DNA from: Kondoa subrosea
Lineage: Eukaryota
Direction: 5' to 3'
Assembly: GCA_039545335.1 (NCBI GenBank)
Contig: BCIN01000002.1
Coordinates: forward strand, 3,376,689 to 3,396,688
DNA length: 20,000 nt
Shown here: positions 19,957 to 20,000 of the stretch, piece after piece
Position numbering within the stretch: the stretch's first letter is position 1
Layout of the letters: each line of letters starts with the position of its first letter
The notes under the pieces: model-generated
Told to the model about the DNA's origin: nothing
Database searches by the model: none
Seen by the model: the letters and a program-made list of their open reading frames with translations, nothing else
Translations under genes and position numbers: made by a program

Positions 19957-20000
19957 GTTATGAAGAGTTAGCGAGAGTTATGAAGAGTTAGCGAGAGTTA
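19957..20000. repeat. Tandem array with a 20-bp unit made of alternating 10-mers TGAAGAGTTA / GCGAGAGTTA, truncated by the window end
   Basis: GTTA-TGAAGAGTTA-GCGAGAGTTA-TGAAGAGTTA-GCGAGAGTTA read directly. An isolated GTTAGCGAGAGTTA occurs at 19417-19430. Confidence 0.85.

Overview
Gene-dense, intron-rich fungal chromosome segment. It is probably a basidiomycete yeast, inferred from introns mostly 47-70 nt with GT(A/G)AG donors and CTRAC/Y branch sites; the organism cannot be fixed from sequence alone. The ORF track is fragmented by introns, so gene models were rebuilt by hand-splicing. Bases 1-17941 hold eleven tightly packed genes: UNC-50/GMH1 (3' part, +), CENP-X/MHF2 (-), a small coiled-coil orphan (+), mitochondrial nuclease NUC1/EndoG (+), cytochrome c oxidase subunit V (-), ABC-F ATPase GCN20 (-), aspartate kinase HOM3 (-), an acyl-CoA dehydrogenase ending in PTS1 AKL (-), an unknown protein with a CxxC...HxxxC zinc-finger-like N-terminus and SAM-like C-terminus (+), a USP deubiquitinase (+) and ATP11 (-). 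At about 18.0 kb the character changes abruptly. A 307-bp CACTG-ended non-autonomous DNA transposon with a TGG target-site duplication sits in the ATP11 promoter. It is followed by degenerate DNA with a 72-bp direct repeat and a 10/20-bp tandem array (TGAAGAGTTA GCGAGAGTTA) running off the window end, which may mark a subtelomeric or repeat boundary. No database searches were run.
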